This document shows, piece by piece, positions 37,075 through 47,565 of a stretch of DNA of 64,000 bases. The position numbers and the translations under genes were made by a program. Positions within the stretch are counted from its first letter, which is position 1; every line of letters starts with the position of its first letter. Source of the DNA: Squalus acanthias (taxonomy: Eukaryota); contig CM059432.1 of the NCBI GenBank assembly GCA_030390025.1, positions 134,726,001 to 134,790,000 on the forward strand, in the 5' to 3' direction. The notes under the pieces were generated by a model, which saw only the letters and a list, made by a program, of their open reading frames with translations, was not told the DNA's origin and made no database searches.

Positions 37075-37595
37075 TCTCACTTGAGCTCATTCAAAACTCT
37101 GCTGCCCGTATCCTAACTCGCACCAAGCCCCGTTCACCCAATACCCCTGCGCTTGCTGACCTACATCGGCTTTTGATCGGGCAAGGCCTCAATTTTAAAA
37201 TTCTCATCCTTGTTTATAAAAATCCCTCCATGTCCTCGCCCCTCCTTCTTATCTCTGTAATCTCCACCAGCCCTCCAACCCTCCAGGATCTCTGCGCTCT
37301 TCCAATTCTGGCCTCTTGCGCATCCCCTATTTTAATCGCTCCCACATTTGCGGCAGTACTTTCAGCTGCCTAGTCCCTAAACTCTGGAATTCCCTCCCTA
37401 AACCTCTCCGCCTGTCTACCTCGCTCTCCTCCTTTAAGACGCTCCTTAAAACCTACCTCTTTGACCAAGTTTTTGGTCAGCTGTCCTAATATCTTCTTAG
37501 GTGGCTCAGTGTCAACTTTTATTTGATAACGCTCCTGTGAAGCGCCTTGGGACATTTTACTACGTTAAAGGCGCTATATAAATACAAGTTGCTGT
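37075..37595 (+). mobile_element. L2-type LINE 3' fragment
   Basis: LELIQNSAARILTRTK..PALADLH..FKILILVYK and tail AAAGGCGCTATATAAATACAAGTTG. Confidence 0.9.
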
Positions 37596-38087
37596 GGAAC
37601 GACACAAAAAGTCCTCCTTTTCACTTATTCTGCAAATATTCTCATGGGCAAAGATTGTTTCTAATCCTAAATGCACCCTGGATTATATAGGACTTGAAAA
37701 CAAAAAATGGTACATGCAAAGCATGCGTTCTGTCACTGAACTTTATCTGCTCACTACTTTTGTTTGGCATTTGCAATGGTGGAACAGAATTTGAGTGTGA
37801 TTACTTACCATTGATAAATATCCAGAACTAATGCTGTATAACTTGTTGGCTAGATTTGTAATGTTGCATACAATTTTAAGCACCCTACCTTAAAAAGAGC
37901 AACAAGAACAAATCGAGGACTTAAGGTACGAAACCAATGGTTTGGTCCGGGTTCTAGGTAGGAAGAACCTTGCTTATACTGTCTGGCTCGGATTCAAATT
38001 CTCCTGGCCAGGAGACACAAGCCTTAGACAAATGTAAAACTCCACGCCTGGCCGTTAAAGTTTAAATGTATGAGCATGGGTGGGAGT

Positions 38088-40963
38088 GGCCACAGTGACC
38101 CTGCAAAATCTTCCTCACCAACATCTGGGGACTTGTGCCAAAATTGGGAGAGCTGTCCTACAGACTAGTCAAGCAACAGCCTGACATAGTCATACTCACA
38201 GAATCATACCTTTCAGCCAATGTCCCAAACACCTCCATCCCCATCCTTGGATATGTCCTGTCCCACCGGCAAGACAGACCCACCAGAGGTGGCTGCACAG
38301 TGGTATACAGTCGGGAAAGATTGGCCCTGGGAGTCCTCAACATTGACTCCGGACCCCATGAAATCTCATGGCTTCAGATCAAGCATGGGCAAGGAAACCT
38401 TCTGCTGATTACCACCTACCGCCCTCCGTCAGCTGATGAATCAGTACTCCTCCATGTTGAACACCACTTGGAAGAAGCACTGAGAGTAGCAAGGGTACAG
38501 AATGTACTCTGGGTGGGGGACGTCAATGTCCATCACCAAGAGTGGCTCGGTAGAACCACTACTGACCGAGCTGGCAGAGTCCTGAAGGACATAGCTGCCA
38601 GTTTGGGCCTGCGACAGGTGGTGAGAGAACCAACATGAGGGAAAAATCTACTTGACCTCGTCCTCACCAATCTACCTGTCGCAGATGCATCTGTCCATGA
38701 CAGCACGGGTAGCGCTGACCACCGCACAGTCATTGTGGAGACGAAGTCCCATCTTCACACTGAGAACACCCTCCATTGTGTTGTGTGGCACTACCACCAT
38801 GCTAAATGGGATAAATTCAGAACAGATCTAGCAGCTCAAAACTGGGCATCCATGTGGCGCTGTGGGCCATCAGCAGCAGCAGAATTGTATTCCACCACAA
38901 TCTGTAACCTCATGGCCTGGCATATCCCCCAATCTACCATTACCACCAAGCCAGGGGACCAACCCTGGTTCAACAAGGAGTGTAGAAGAGCATGCCAGGA
39001 GCAGCACCAGGTGTACCTAAGAATGAGGTGCCAACCTGGGGAAGCTGTAACACAGGACTACATGCATGCTAAAAAGCGGAAGCAGCATGCTATAGGCAGG
39101 GCTAAGCGATCCCACAATCAACAGATCAGATCAAAGCTCTGCAGTTCTGCCACATCCAGTCGTGAATGGTGGTGGACCATTAAACAACTAACGGGAGGAG
39201 GAGGCTCCATGAATAACCCCATCCTCAATGATGGTGGAGCCCAGCACGAGTGCAAAAGACAAGGCTGAAGCGTTTGCAACCAGCTTCAGCCAGAAGTGCC
39301 GAGTGGATGATCCATATCAGCCTACTCCCGAGGTCCCCACCATCACAGAAGCCAGTCTTCAGTCAATTCGATTAACTCCACGTGATATCAAGAAACGGCT
39401 GAGCGCACTGGATACAGCAAAGGCTATGAGCCCCGACAACATCCTGGCTGTCGTGCTGAAGACTTGTGCTCCAGAACTAGCTGCGCCTCTAGCCAAGCTG
39501 TTCCAGTACAGCTATAACACTGGCATCTATCCGACAATGTGGAAAACTGCCCAGGTATGTCCTGTCCACAAAAATGCAGGACAAATCCAATCCGGCCAAT
39601 TACCGCCCCATCGGTCTACTCTCAATCATCAGTAAAGTGATAGAAGATGTCGTCGACAGTGCTATCAAGCGGCACTTACTCACCAATAACCTGCTCACTG
39701 ATGACCACTTTGGGATCCGCCAGGACCACTCGGCTCCAGACCTCATTACAGCCTTGGTCCAAACATGGACAAAGGAGCTGAATTCCAGAGGTGAGGTGAG
39801 AGTGATTGCCCTTGACATCAAGGCAGCATTTGACCGAGTGTGACATCAAGGAGCCCTAGTAAAACTGAAGTCAATGGGAATCAGGGAAAAATACTCTCCA
39901 CTGGCTGGAGTCATACCTAGCACAAAGGAAGATGGTTGTGGTGGTCAATCATCACAGCTCCAGGACATCACTGCAGAGGTTCCTCAGGGCAGTGTCCTAG
40001 GCCTAACCATCTTCAGCTGCTTCATCAATGACCTTCCCTCCATCATAAGGTCAAAAATGGGGATGTTCGCTGATGACTGCAGTGTTCAGTGGCATTCGCA
40101 ACTCCTCAGATAATGAAGTAGTGTATGCCCGCATGCAACAAGACCTGGATGACATTCAGGCTTGGGCTGATAAGTGGCAGGTAACATTCGCGCCGCACAA
40201 GTGCCAGGCAATGACTATCTCCAACAAGCGAGAGTCTAACTACCGCCCCTTCACATTCAACGGCATTACCATCGCCGAATCCCCCATCAACATCCTGGGG
40301 GTCACCACTGAACAGAAACTTAACTGGACCAGCCACATAAATACTGTGGCAACAAGAGCAGGTCAGAGGCTGGATATTCTGCGGCGAGTGTCTCACCTCC
40401 TGACTCCCCAAAGCCTTTCCACCATCTACAAGGCACAAGTAAGGAGTGTGATGGAATACTTTCCACTTGCCTGGATGAGTGCAGCTCCAACAACACTCAA
40501 GAAGTTCGACACCATCTAGGACAAAGTAGCCTGCTTGATTGGCACCCCATCCACCACCTTAAACATTCACTCCCTCCACCACCGGCGTACCATGTCTGCA
40601 GTGCGTACCATCTACAAGATGCACTGCAGCAACTCGCCAAGGCTTCTTCGGCAGCACCTCCCAAACCCGCGACTTCTACCACCTAGAAGGACAAGGGCAG
40701 CAGGCGCATGGGAACACCACCACCTCCAAGTTCCCCTCCAAGTCACACCATCCTGACTTGGAAATATATCGGCCGTTCCTTCATCGTCGCTGGGTCAAAA
40801 TCCTGGAACTCCCTCCCTAACAGCACTGTGGGAGTACCTTCACCACACGGACTGCAGCGGTTCAAGGCGGCGGCTCACCACCACCTTCTCAAGGGCAACT
40901 AGGGATAGGTAATAAATGCTGGCCTTGCCAGCGGCGCCCAGATCCCATGAACGAATAAAAAGA
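38088..40963 (+). mobile_element. CR1-group LINE ORF2 (APE endonuclease + RT), near complete but frameshifted
   Basis: Endonuclease motifs PDIVILTES, YRPP, GDVNVHH, LDLVLT and DH. RT motifs NYRPI, ALDIKAAFDRV, PQGSVLG and FADD. A-rich 3' end. Distinct from the canonical CR1 at 55883-58138. Confidence 0.92.
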
Positions 40964-42936
40964 AACTCTCAATATATATAAATAAATGCTGCGTAAGCTT
41001 TAAAAGAAGTGTTCAGGGGTTCTACGGGAACCTCTGAGCACATTTTGAAACCTGTTTAATACAGCGCTGCAGTGTCAACCCCAAGCAGTGCGAGACTGCA
41101 TCCTCCATAGGGCTGGGGTCTCACACTTCGGTCAGGACCCAACTCCATAATTACACAGTTACTTTTTTGTAACCGCAGTATAAAAGCACTATTAGAGTTC
41201 TAAGTTATGAAGACAAACTTAGATCATTTATTTCTACCAGAGAAAAAAAAAAGTAGATGGGGGAAAGGGGCATGAAATGCATGGATAATAATGTTAAACT
41301 GTGATCCTAGAACCAGAAGACACAGGTAAAAAAAACTGATGACTCTTGATTTAGACTAGAAATTGACATATTTTTGCTCCACAGAATACTGGATCAATAT
41401 AATAGATTGCGAGTGAAATGTCAATTAATCTCTTGACAACATATATAGACAAATATCAGTTTAAGAATAAGATTAAAGAGTATAGGATTAGTTTAAGTAT
41501 GTACTCCTTTTTCCTTAAAGATCAAGTCACGAGATGGCACACCAGAAGGTTTTCTGTGTGCCGTGGCTGTTCCGCATTGAACTGAATGGAGATCATTTCG
41601 CAACTTGGGAGATTCATTTTTCGGTGTATGCAGGAGGAGGCCATGCCTCTGACAAAAACATTACTATTTAAAATAATGTATTCGTTTTCAGAACTTCTGC
41701 ATTCAACCAGACAAACATATTTTGAATAGTTTGAGAATAATCTGAATAAACTAGTTAAGTGGACTTAAAATGTCACAGCAAGTCACTTCTAGCACCTTTT
41801 AAAGATTGTATGCTTGATGAAACGCCCAACATTTAAAAAAATAATTGAATTGCAGATAATGGGGCTGCAGAATTAAACTGTTTCAGTCGGAAAACATTCT
41901 GATTACAAATTCTGCAATTACGTAGGAGTCACATCCACAGAGGTATTGCATCGACTTCTTTTGCAAATATAATTTTTTGAAAAGCAAAACTTTGGTTACA
42001 CATTTAATTATACTCATTAAATATTTCATCTATCGAAATTGGTTATTTGTACCGAGTCTATAATACCATAAGAAATGTTTATTTTCCCTCTCAACGATGT
42101 GTTTTGAAGTAATTGCTGACCTCTGGCTTTCCAACAACAAATCAAAGCCTCTAAAAATCATCAGATCATTTAAAAAGAGCATTAGTTGCTGAGGAAATGT
42201 ACAAATATTGCTGTAACTATGGCCTTGTGCACAGTGAGTCACAGATTAAGCTGTTGTGGGAGGCGGGTGCTGGTGTGTGAACATGCAGAGCGGTGCACAT
42301 CTCCACTGAAAAGATTTGGAAATAAATTTGTAAAAGTGCTCTCCAAAGACACTGATGTAAACAGGTTCCCCGCCCCCCACCCCCACCTTGGTTCCTGGAA
42401 AATAAATATTAATTTTCTTTCCCTATTGCAGGTAGATAAATAGAGAAATGTGTTCTCTCTCACCTCCTACGTACACCAAGAAATGTCTGAAACTTCAGAT
42501 AAATTTGCAGTTTTCCTTCTTTATCAAATATCTTTTCCACAGCACTTAGATGTTACCAAAAATGAAGTGTTTAAATTCAAGACATTTATTGCAAACTTCC
42601 CTCTGAATTTGAACAATTGTGCAGTGCTCCTAATACTTGATACTGTAATATGAACGGTGTTCATTTTAAATTTTGAAAAATAAACATGAAAAATGTAACT
42701 TCAAAATATAAAAATCAGGCTTCTCACGGAGGTGACAGAAAACAAGAGTATTAGGCAGTTCAGAAACAGAAAATGCTATTGTAGAAGTTTAATCATCTTC
42801 TTGTAAATTTTGAGAGTTTTTTCAATGTCTTCACAAAATTATGATGTGGCGATGCCGGTGTTGGACTGGGGTGGACAAATGTGAGAAGTCGCACAACACC
42901 AGGTTATAGTCCAACAGCTTTATTTGAAATCACAAG

Positions 42937-43130
42937 TGTCGTAAGAATGAGCCTTACGCGTGGTGAACTTAAAGTAAGCTTTAATCAACTAAAAAGGTGC
43001 TACATACAAAAGAGGTCTTACTCTATGCCTCTCCAGGATCCCACTGATCAGCCCAGTATTTATCCTGGACTAATCACAGGAAGTGATGTAATAAAGTTCG
43101 AGTCACAGGAAGCTGTATTGTGTTACCACA
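42937..43130 (-). repeat. 3' LTR
   Basis: Direct repeat of 47223-47416, preceded on the minus strand by the PPT GGGGGGGGAGAA (43131-43142). Confidence 0.96.
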
Positions 43131-43193
43131 TTCTCCCCCCCCAAAAGATTAGGAGGCCGGGATGAAGTTCGAGTCACAGGAAGCTGTATTGTG

Positions 43194-46100
43194 TTACCAC
43201 ATTCTCCCTCCATTTCGTAGCCGCTGGACGAGGGAGAGCCGCACCCGTTTGGGTTCTCGTAGCGGTAGAGGGCCCCTAGCCCGTTTACCCGCCGCGGGCC
43301 ATGGACCAGAGTCCGAGTGATCCAGCCCGCTCTGTGAGGGGTCAGGACGATCCTGACTGTGTACTGGTGCCCGAACGGGTGTCGGGCAGGGCTGTGGCAG
43401 ATCCGTTTCCGAGCGTATGGTACAGGGTGGATCGTGGCTGCGCGTGCGAGCCCCGACGGGCTCATAGTCAGTCTGCCCCAGGTCGGCACGCTGGAGTGAG
43501 GTACCAGCCGGCGTCAGATCCAGATCGTGATGAGAGGTACCTGGCGAGCCCAGAGATGTGCCTGGTACAATATCATCCCCTGGTGTCCCTCTATGTTTCG
43601 GCAGGCAGGGAGCCAGATCCCGCAATGACACGGTAGATTCCCGACCGTCAGGATACCGAATATAGGCGTAGGTAGGGTTGACGTCAGTGAGCTCAACCTC
43701 ATCTACCAGGGGGTCATTCTTAGACGCCCGAACATATCTTCGGAGTAGCACTGGTCCCGGTGCAGTCAGCCACGACGGGAGAGATATCCCATAGGATGAG
43801 CGACGCTGAAATCGGAAGAACCGTTCATGAGGCGTCGTATTTGTGGCGGTCGAAAGGAGGGACCGTGTGGAGTGTAATGCGTCTGGAAGTACTGCCTCCC
43901 ATTGCTGGTTGGGTAGGCCCCGAGATCTCAAAGCCAGACGTACCGCATTCCAGATGATAGCGTTAAAACGCTCGACTTGCCCATTCCCGACCGGATGATA
44001 AGGCGTCGTTCTGCTGGCAGCAATACCCCGTTCCGAGAGATAGGCCTTGAGTTCTCCTGACATAAAAGAAGGGCCCCGATCCGAATGAACATAGGATGCC
44101 ATGCCACAGAAAGCAAATACCTGCTCAAGGCAGCTGATAACCGTGGTCGTCAGCATATTGGGGCAGGGAAAGGCAAACGGAAAACGGGAATACTCATCGA
44201 CCATGGTCAATAGATAAGTGTTGCGAGTTGAAGAGGGCAACGGCCCCTTAAAATCGATGCTAAGCCGTTGCATTGGCTGGGTCGCATGTATGAGTATACC
44301 ACCCGAGGGGCGGAAAAACTGAGGTTTCAATTCCGCACAGACTCTGCAGTCCGAGCACATCTTCTTTACATCCCCGGTAGAGAATGGGAGATTTCGGGAC
44401 CGCACGAAGTGTAGCATGCGAGTAACGCCTGGATGACACAACCCATCATGGATGTCTACGAGCGTAGAGGGTGCCATGGCGGAGCAGAATGCTCGTGTGA
44501 GGGTATCCGGAGCCACATTCTCCTTGCCAGGTCGATAGTGGATGGTGTAACCAAAAGAGGCCAATTCCAGCCGCCAAAGCTGGATTTTATTATTTTTAAT
44601 TTTGGTCCGTTTTCGATTATCGAGCATGAAGGCGACCGATCGCTGGTCCGTGATTAAGGTAAAGTGCTGGCGAGCTAGGAGATGAGTCCACTTCCGTACT
44701 GCCTCTATGATGGCTGTAGCTTCTTTCTCGACTGGAGGATAATGTAGCTCCGCCCCTTGAAAAGTCCTGGACAAAAATGCCACCGGACGACCTTCCTGAT
44801 TCAGAGTGGCCGAGATCGCCACCTCCGAGGCATCACACTCAACAACAAAAGGAAGACTCTCATCGATGGAGTGAAGAGCCGCTTTCTCCAACTGTTTTTT
44901 CAGGAGGTTAAAGGCTGCAACAGCCGCTGTGTCTAGTGGGAATGTGCTGGCCTTCAGTAGAGGTTGGATTCGGTCCGAGAAGTTAGGAATCCATTTAGCA
45001 TAGTATGCAAACAGCCCGAGGGCCCGGCGCAAGGAGGCCGGATTCTTAGGTGGCGGGAGTTCTTGGAGTGGGCGAAGCCTTTCAGGGTCAGGTTTAATGA
45101 TGCCATTGCCCACACAATAGCCAAGGATGTTGATGGTTGGTTGTGACTCAATGGATTTAGCCGCATTTAATGTCAAATTACGGTGCTGGAGTGCATCCCA
45201 AAATCGTTGGAGATTGGCGTCATGTTCCCGCTGATTGCGACCTGCGACAGTAATATTATCCAGATAAGGAAACGTATCCTTTAAGTCTTCCTGTTTGACC
45301 AGGTCATCCATTGCTCGCTGGAAGACAGCCACTCCATTAGTGACCCCAAAGGGGAGGCGACGAAATTGATACAGCCGTCCATTGGCTTCAAAGGCCGTAT
45401 ACTGCTTGTCTGAGACCTTCAAGGGTACCTGATGATAGGCACTTTTCAGATCATATGTTGAGAACACCGTGTACTCAGCCAGTTTATTAACCATATCATC
45501 GATGCGCGGCAATGGGTATGCGTCCAAGTCCGTATATTGATTGATGGTCTGTGAATAGTCAATGCACAGCCGTTTCTTGTGAGGTTGTAGAGGGTTCTTA
45601 ACAATAACGACCTGGGCGCGCCATGGCGACGAACAAGGCTCGATGATATCCTCTGCTAAAAGCCGAGAAATCTCAGCCGCAATAAAAGACTGGTCTTCCT
45701 GACTGAAACGTCGTGACTTTGTTATAATCGGTTTGCATCGAGGAGGGATACTGGTAAACAGTGAGGGTTCATCCAGTGAAGCTGCTGACAATGCACAGAA
45801 CGGTAATCGAGGTCGTATATTAGAAATAGTGAGTTCAGGTTTGGATCCGCCGAACTCAATGGTGAGCTTCTTATGCTGCTTTTGAAAATCTAGCCCTAAG
45901 ATAAGATCACTACATAAGTCCTTGAGCACCGAAAGCCGGGTGGAGGGATACCTGTGACCATTAAGTGTTATTTCAACCATACAAAAGCCAGAAATTCTGG
46001 TATTAAGTGATGACTGAGCCATCGCAATTGCCTGGTCCGATGGGAAAACATGTAGCTTTAACTCTGCAACAATCTGTTCCCTAATGAAACTATCAGTGCT

Positions 46101-47144
46101 ACCTGAGTCAATTAAGGCATCTAAAGTATGTCCATTAATTGATGCTTTTGTAGCTGCATGGAATAGGTTCTGAGGACAAGCAGCTGTAATTGGTGTCGTT
46201 GCACAAAGAGTGGCTGAAACTCTAGGTGTGTTTCTTCGAGAGAAAACCCGAGAGGAAGCACGATAGATTTTAGCCGGAACATCTTGATAGGCCCTTACCG
46301 GGGCAGTTCGGTAGGACTTAGCTTGATAAGCCCTCGTAGAGGCTCTTGATAGGCAAACCTTTGCAAAATGACCCTTTTTGTTGCAATGACTGCAAAACGC
46401 ATTGCGAACAGGGCAGAATTTCCGAGGGTGAAACTCATCACCACAAAAGAAGCATTTCTTAGATTGCCAAGAGGCTGCCACAGTGGGGTCATCATCCTCT
46501 TCATCAGTGAAGTCATCAGATTGATCGTCAGGGATAAAGTCCTCCCTAATAGAGTTCACCTGTGGCCTCTTAAATTGCCTGACTGTAGTTAAGGCAGCAG
46601 ACCGAGGTCTGGGCACTGTATAAAGGTCTGCATTTCTTTTTGCCAGATCTAGAGAGCAAGCCATGTCATAAGCTCTCTGAAGCTCAAGTGTCTTACTTTC
46701 CAGTAGACGCTGGCGTATAAATGGGGAGGCAAGCCCGCAGATGAAAGCATCACGGATCATTTCTTCACGGTACAGCTCAGCTGAGGCCGCCTGAAAGTTA
46801 CAGTCCATACTAAGTCTGCGAAGCTCTTGGAGGAATTTATCAATGGATTCCTCCGGCCCTTGTTGGGCTGTAGCTAGTAGATGTCTGGCATAGACCTCAT
46901 TCGGTGTCTTAGTATATAGTCTCTTAAGCGTCCGAATTGCCTCCTCGTAACTGCCCCATTCCTCGACATACTGAAATACATTCGGGGTGACACAGTTGAT
47001 GAGTATCCGCAATTTTGAGTCATCATCAGCCTTGCAATATTCGAGAAAATTGTCAAACGTGCAATACCAGTGTTTCCACACCTTACCGGCTGCTGGGGTG
47101 TTTGGGTCCAAGTCAAGACGTGATGGTTTAAGGATGTTTTCCAT
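43194..47144 (-). CDS. Gag-Pol polyprotein (Gag with two CCHC knuckles, aspartic protease, RT, RNase H, integrase), 1316 aa
   Basis: CFFCGDEFHPRKFC and CSHCNKKGHFAKVC. Protease ALIDSGS. RT RLCIDYS, DLKSAYHQ, LPFGV, YLDN. RNase H VECDAS, TDQRS. Integrase HHCC, IDFKGP, HSDRG, NGQVER. Order is PR-RT-RH-IN. Confidence 0.97.
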   Translation of the reverse strand: MENILKPSRLDLDPNTPAAGKVWKHWYCTFDNFLEYCKADDDSKLRILINCVTPNVFQYVEEWGSYEEAIRTLKRLYTKTPNEVYARHLLATAQQGPEESIDKFLQELRRLSMDCNFQAASAELYREEMIRDAFICGLASPFIRQRLLESKTLELQRAYDMACSLDLAKRNADLYTVPRPRSAALTTVRQFKRPQVNSIREDFIPDDQSDDFTDEEDDDPTVAASWQSKKCFFCGDEFHPRKFCPVRNAFCSHCNKKGHFAKVCLSRASTRAYQAKSYRTAPVRAYQDVPAKIYRASSRVFSRRNTPRVSATLCATTPITAACPQNLFHAATKASINGHTLDALIDSGSTDSFIREQIVAELKLHVFPSDQAIAMAQSSLNTRISGFCMVEITLNGHRYPSTRLSVLKDLCSDLILGLDFQKQHKKLTIEFGGSKPELTISNIRPRLPFCALSAASLDEPSLFTSIPPRCKPIITKSRRFSQEDQSFIAAEISRLLAEDIIEPCSSPWRAQVVIVKNPLQPHKKRLCIDYSQTINQYTDLDAYPLPRIDDMVNKLAEYTVFSTYDLKSAYHQVPLKVSDKQYTAFEANGRLYQFRRLPFGVTNGVAVFQRAMDDLVKQEDLKDTFPYLDNITVAGRNQREHDANLQRFWDALQHRNLTLNAAKSIESQPTINILGYCVGNGIIKPDPERLRPLQELPPPKNPASLRRALGLFAYYAKWIPNFSDRIQPLLKASTFPLDTAAVAAFNLLKKQLEKAALHSIDESLPFVVECDASEVAISATLNQEGRPVAFLSRTFQGAELHYPPVEKEATAIIEAVRKWTHLLARQHFTLITDQRSVAFMLDNRKRTKIKNNKIQLWRLELASFGYTIHYRPGKENVAPDTLTRAFCSAMAPSTLVDIHDGLCHPGVTRMLHFVRSRNLPFSTGDVKKMCSDCRVCAELKPQFFRPSGGILIHATQPMQRLSIDFKGPLPSSTRNTYLLTMVDEYSRFPFAFPCPNMLTTTVISCLEQVFAFCGMASYVHSDRGPSFMSGELKAYLSERGIAASRTTPYHPVGNGQVERFNAIIWNAVRLALRSRGLPNQQWEAVLPDALHSTRSLLSTATNTTPHERFFRFQRRSSYGISLPSWLTAPGPVLLRRYVRASKNDPLVDEVELTDVNPTYAYIRYPDGRESTVSLRDLAPCLPKHRGTPGDDIVPGTSLGSPGTSHHDLDLTPAGTSLQRADLGQTDYEPVGARTRSHDPPCTIRSETDLPQPCPTPVRAPVHSQDRPDPSQSGLDHSDSGPWPAAGKRARGPLPLREPKRVRLSLVQRLRNGGRMW

Positions 47145-47222
47145 GATGGGTGATTCCCTGGATCCTTAGTTCCGAGTTCGTCCAAAAAGTTTGAGTGCGA
47201 AGTTTTTCAAAGTTGATTAAAT

Positions 47223-47416
47223 TGTCGTAAGAATGAGCCTTACGCGTGGTGAACTTAAAGTAAGCTTTAATCAACTAAAAAGGTGCTACATACAAAAGAG
47301 GTCTTACTCTATGCCTCTCCAGGATCCCACTGATCAGCCCAGTATTTATCCTGGACTAATCACAGGAAGTGATGTAATAAAGTTCGAGTCACAGGAAGCT
47401 GTATTGTGTTACCACA
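47223..47416 (-). repeat. 5' LTR
   Basis: Direct repeat of 42937-43130. TATA-like GATAAATA on the minus strand at about 47343-47350. Confidence 0.96.
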
Positions 47417-47528
47417 ACAAGCTTTCGGAGCGCTGCTCCTTCATCAGGTGAAGTGAAGAGATGCATATAGGCACAGCATATATAGTCAGAGAACACTGCC
47501 AGATGATCACTTCATGCATCTCTTCACT

Positions 47529-47565
47529 TCACCTGACGAAGGAGCAGCGCTCTGAAAGCTTGTGA
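47529..47565 (+). ncRNA. Minimal type I hammerhead ribozyme motif (Penelope-associated)
   Basis: TCAC CTGACGA A GGAGC AGC GCTCT GAAA GC TT GTGA: stem I TCAC/GTGA, stem II, and palindromic AAGCTT at stem III. Activity untested. Confidence 0.65.

Larger units (their letters stand above)
42937..47416 (-). mobile_element. Full-length Gypsy/Ty3 LTR retrotransposon
   Basis: LTRs 42937-43130 and 47223-47416 (194 bp, TG...CA, identical by eye), TSD ACAAG, and an intact gag-pol ORF. Confidence 0.97.

Noticed and set aside
42881-47451. Twin short ORFs (MSLTRGELKVSF...) at 42881-43165 and 47233-47451
   Set aside because: Antisense translations of the two identical LTRs.
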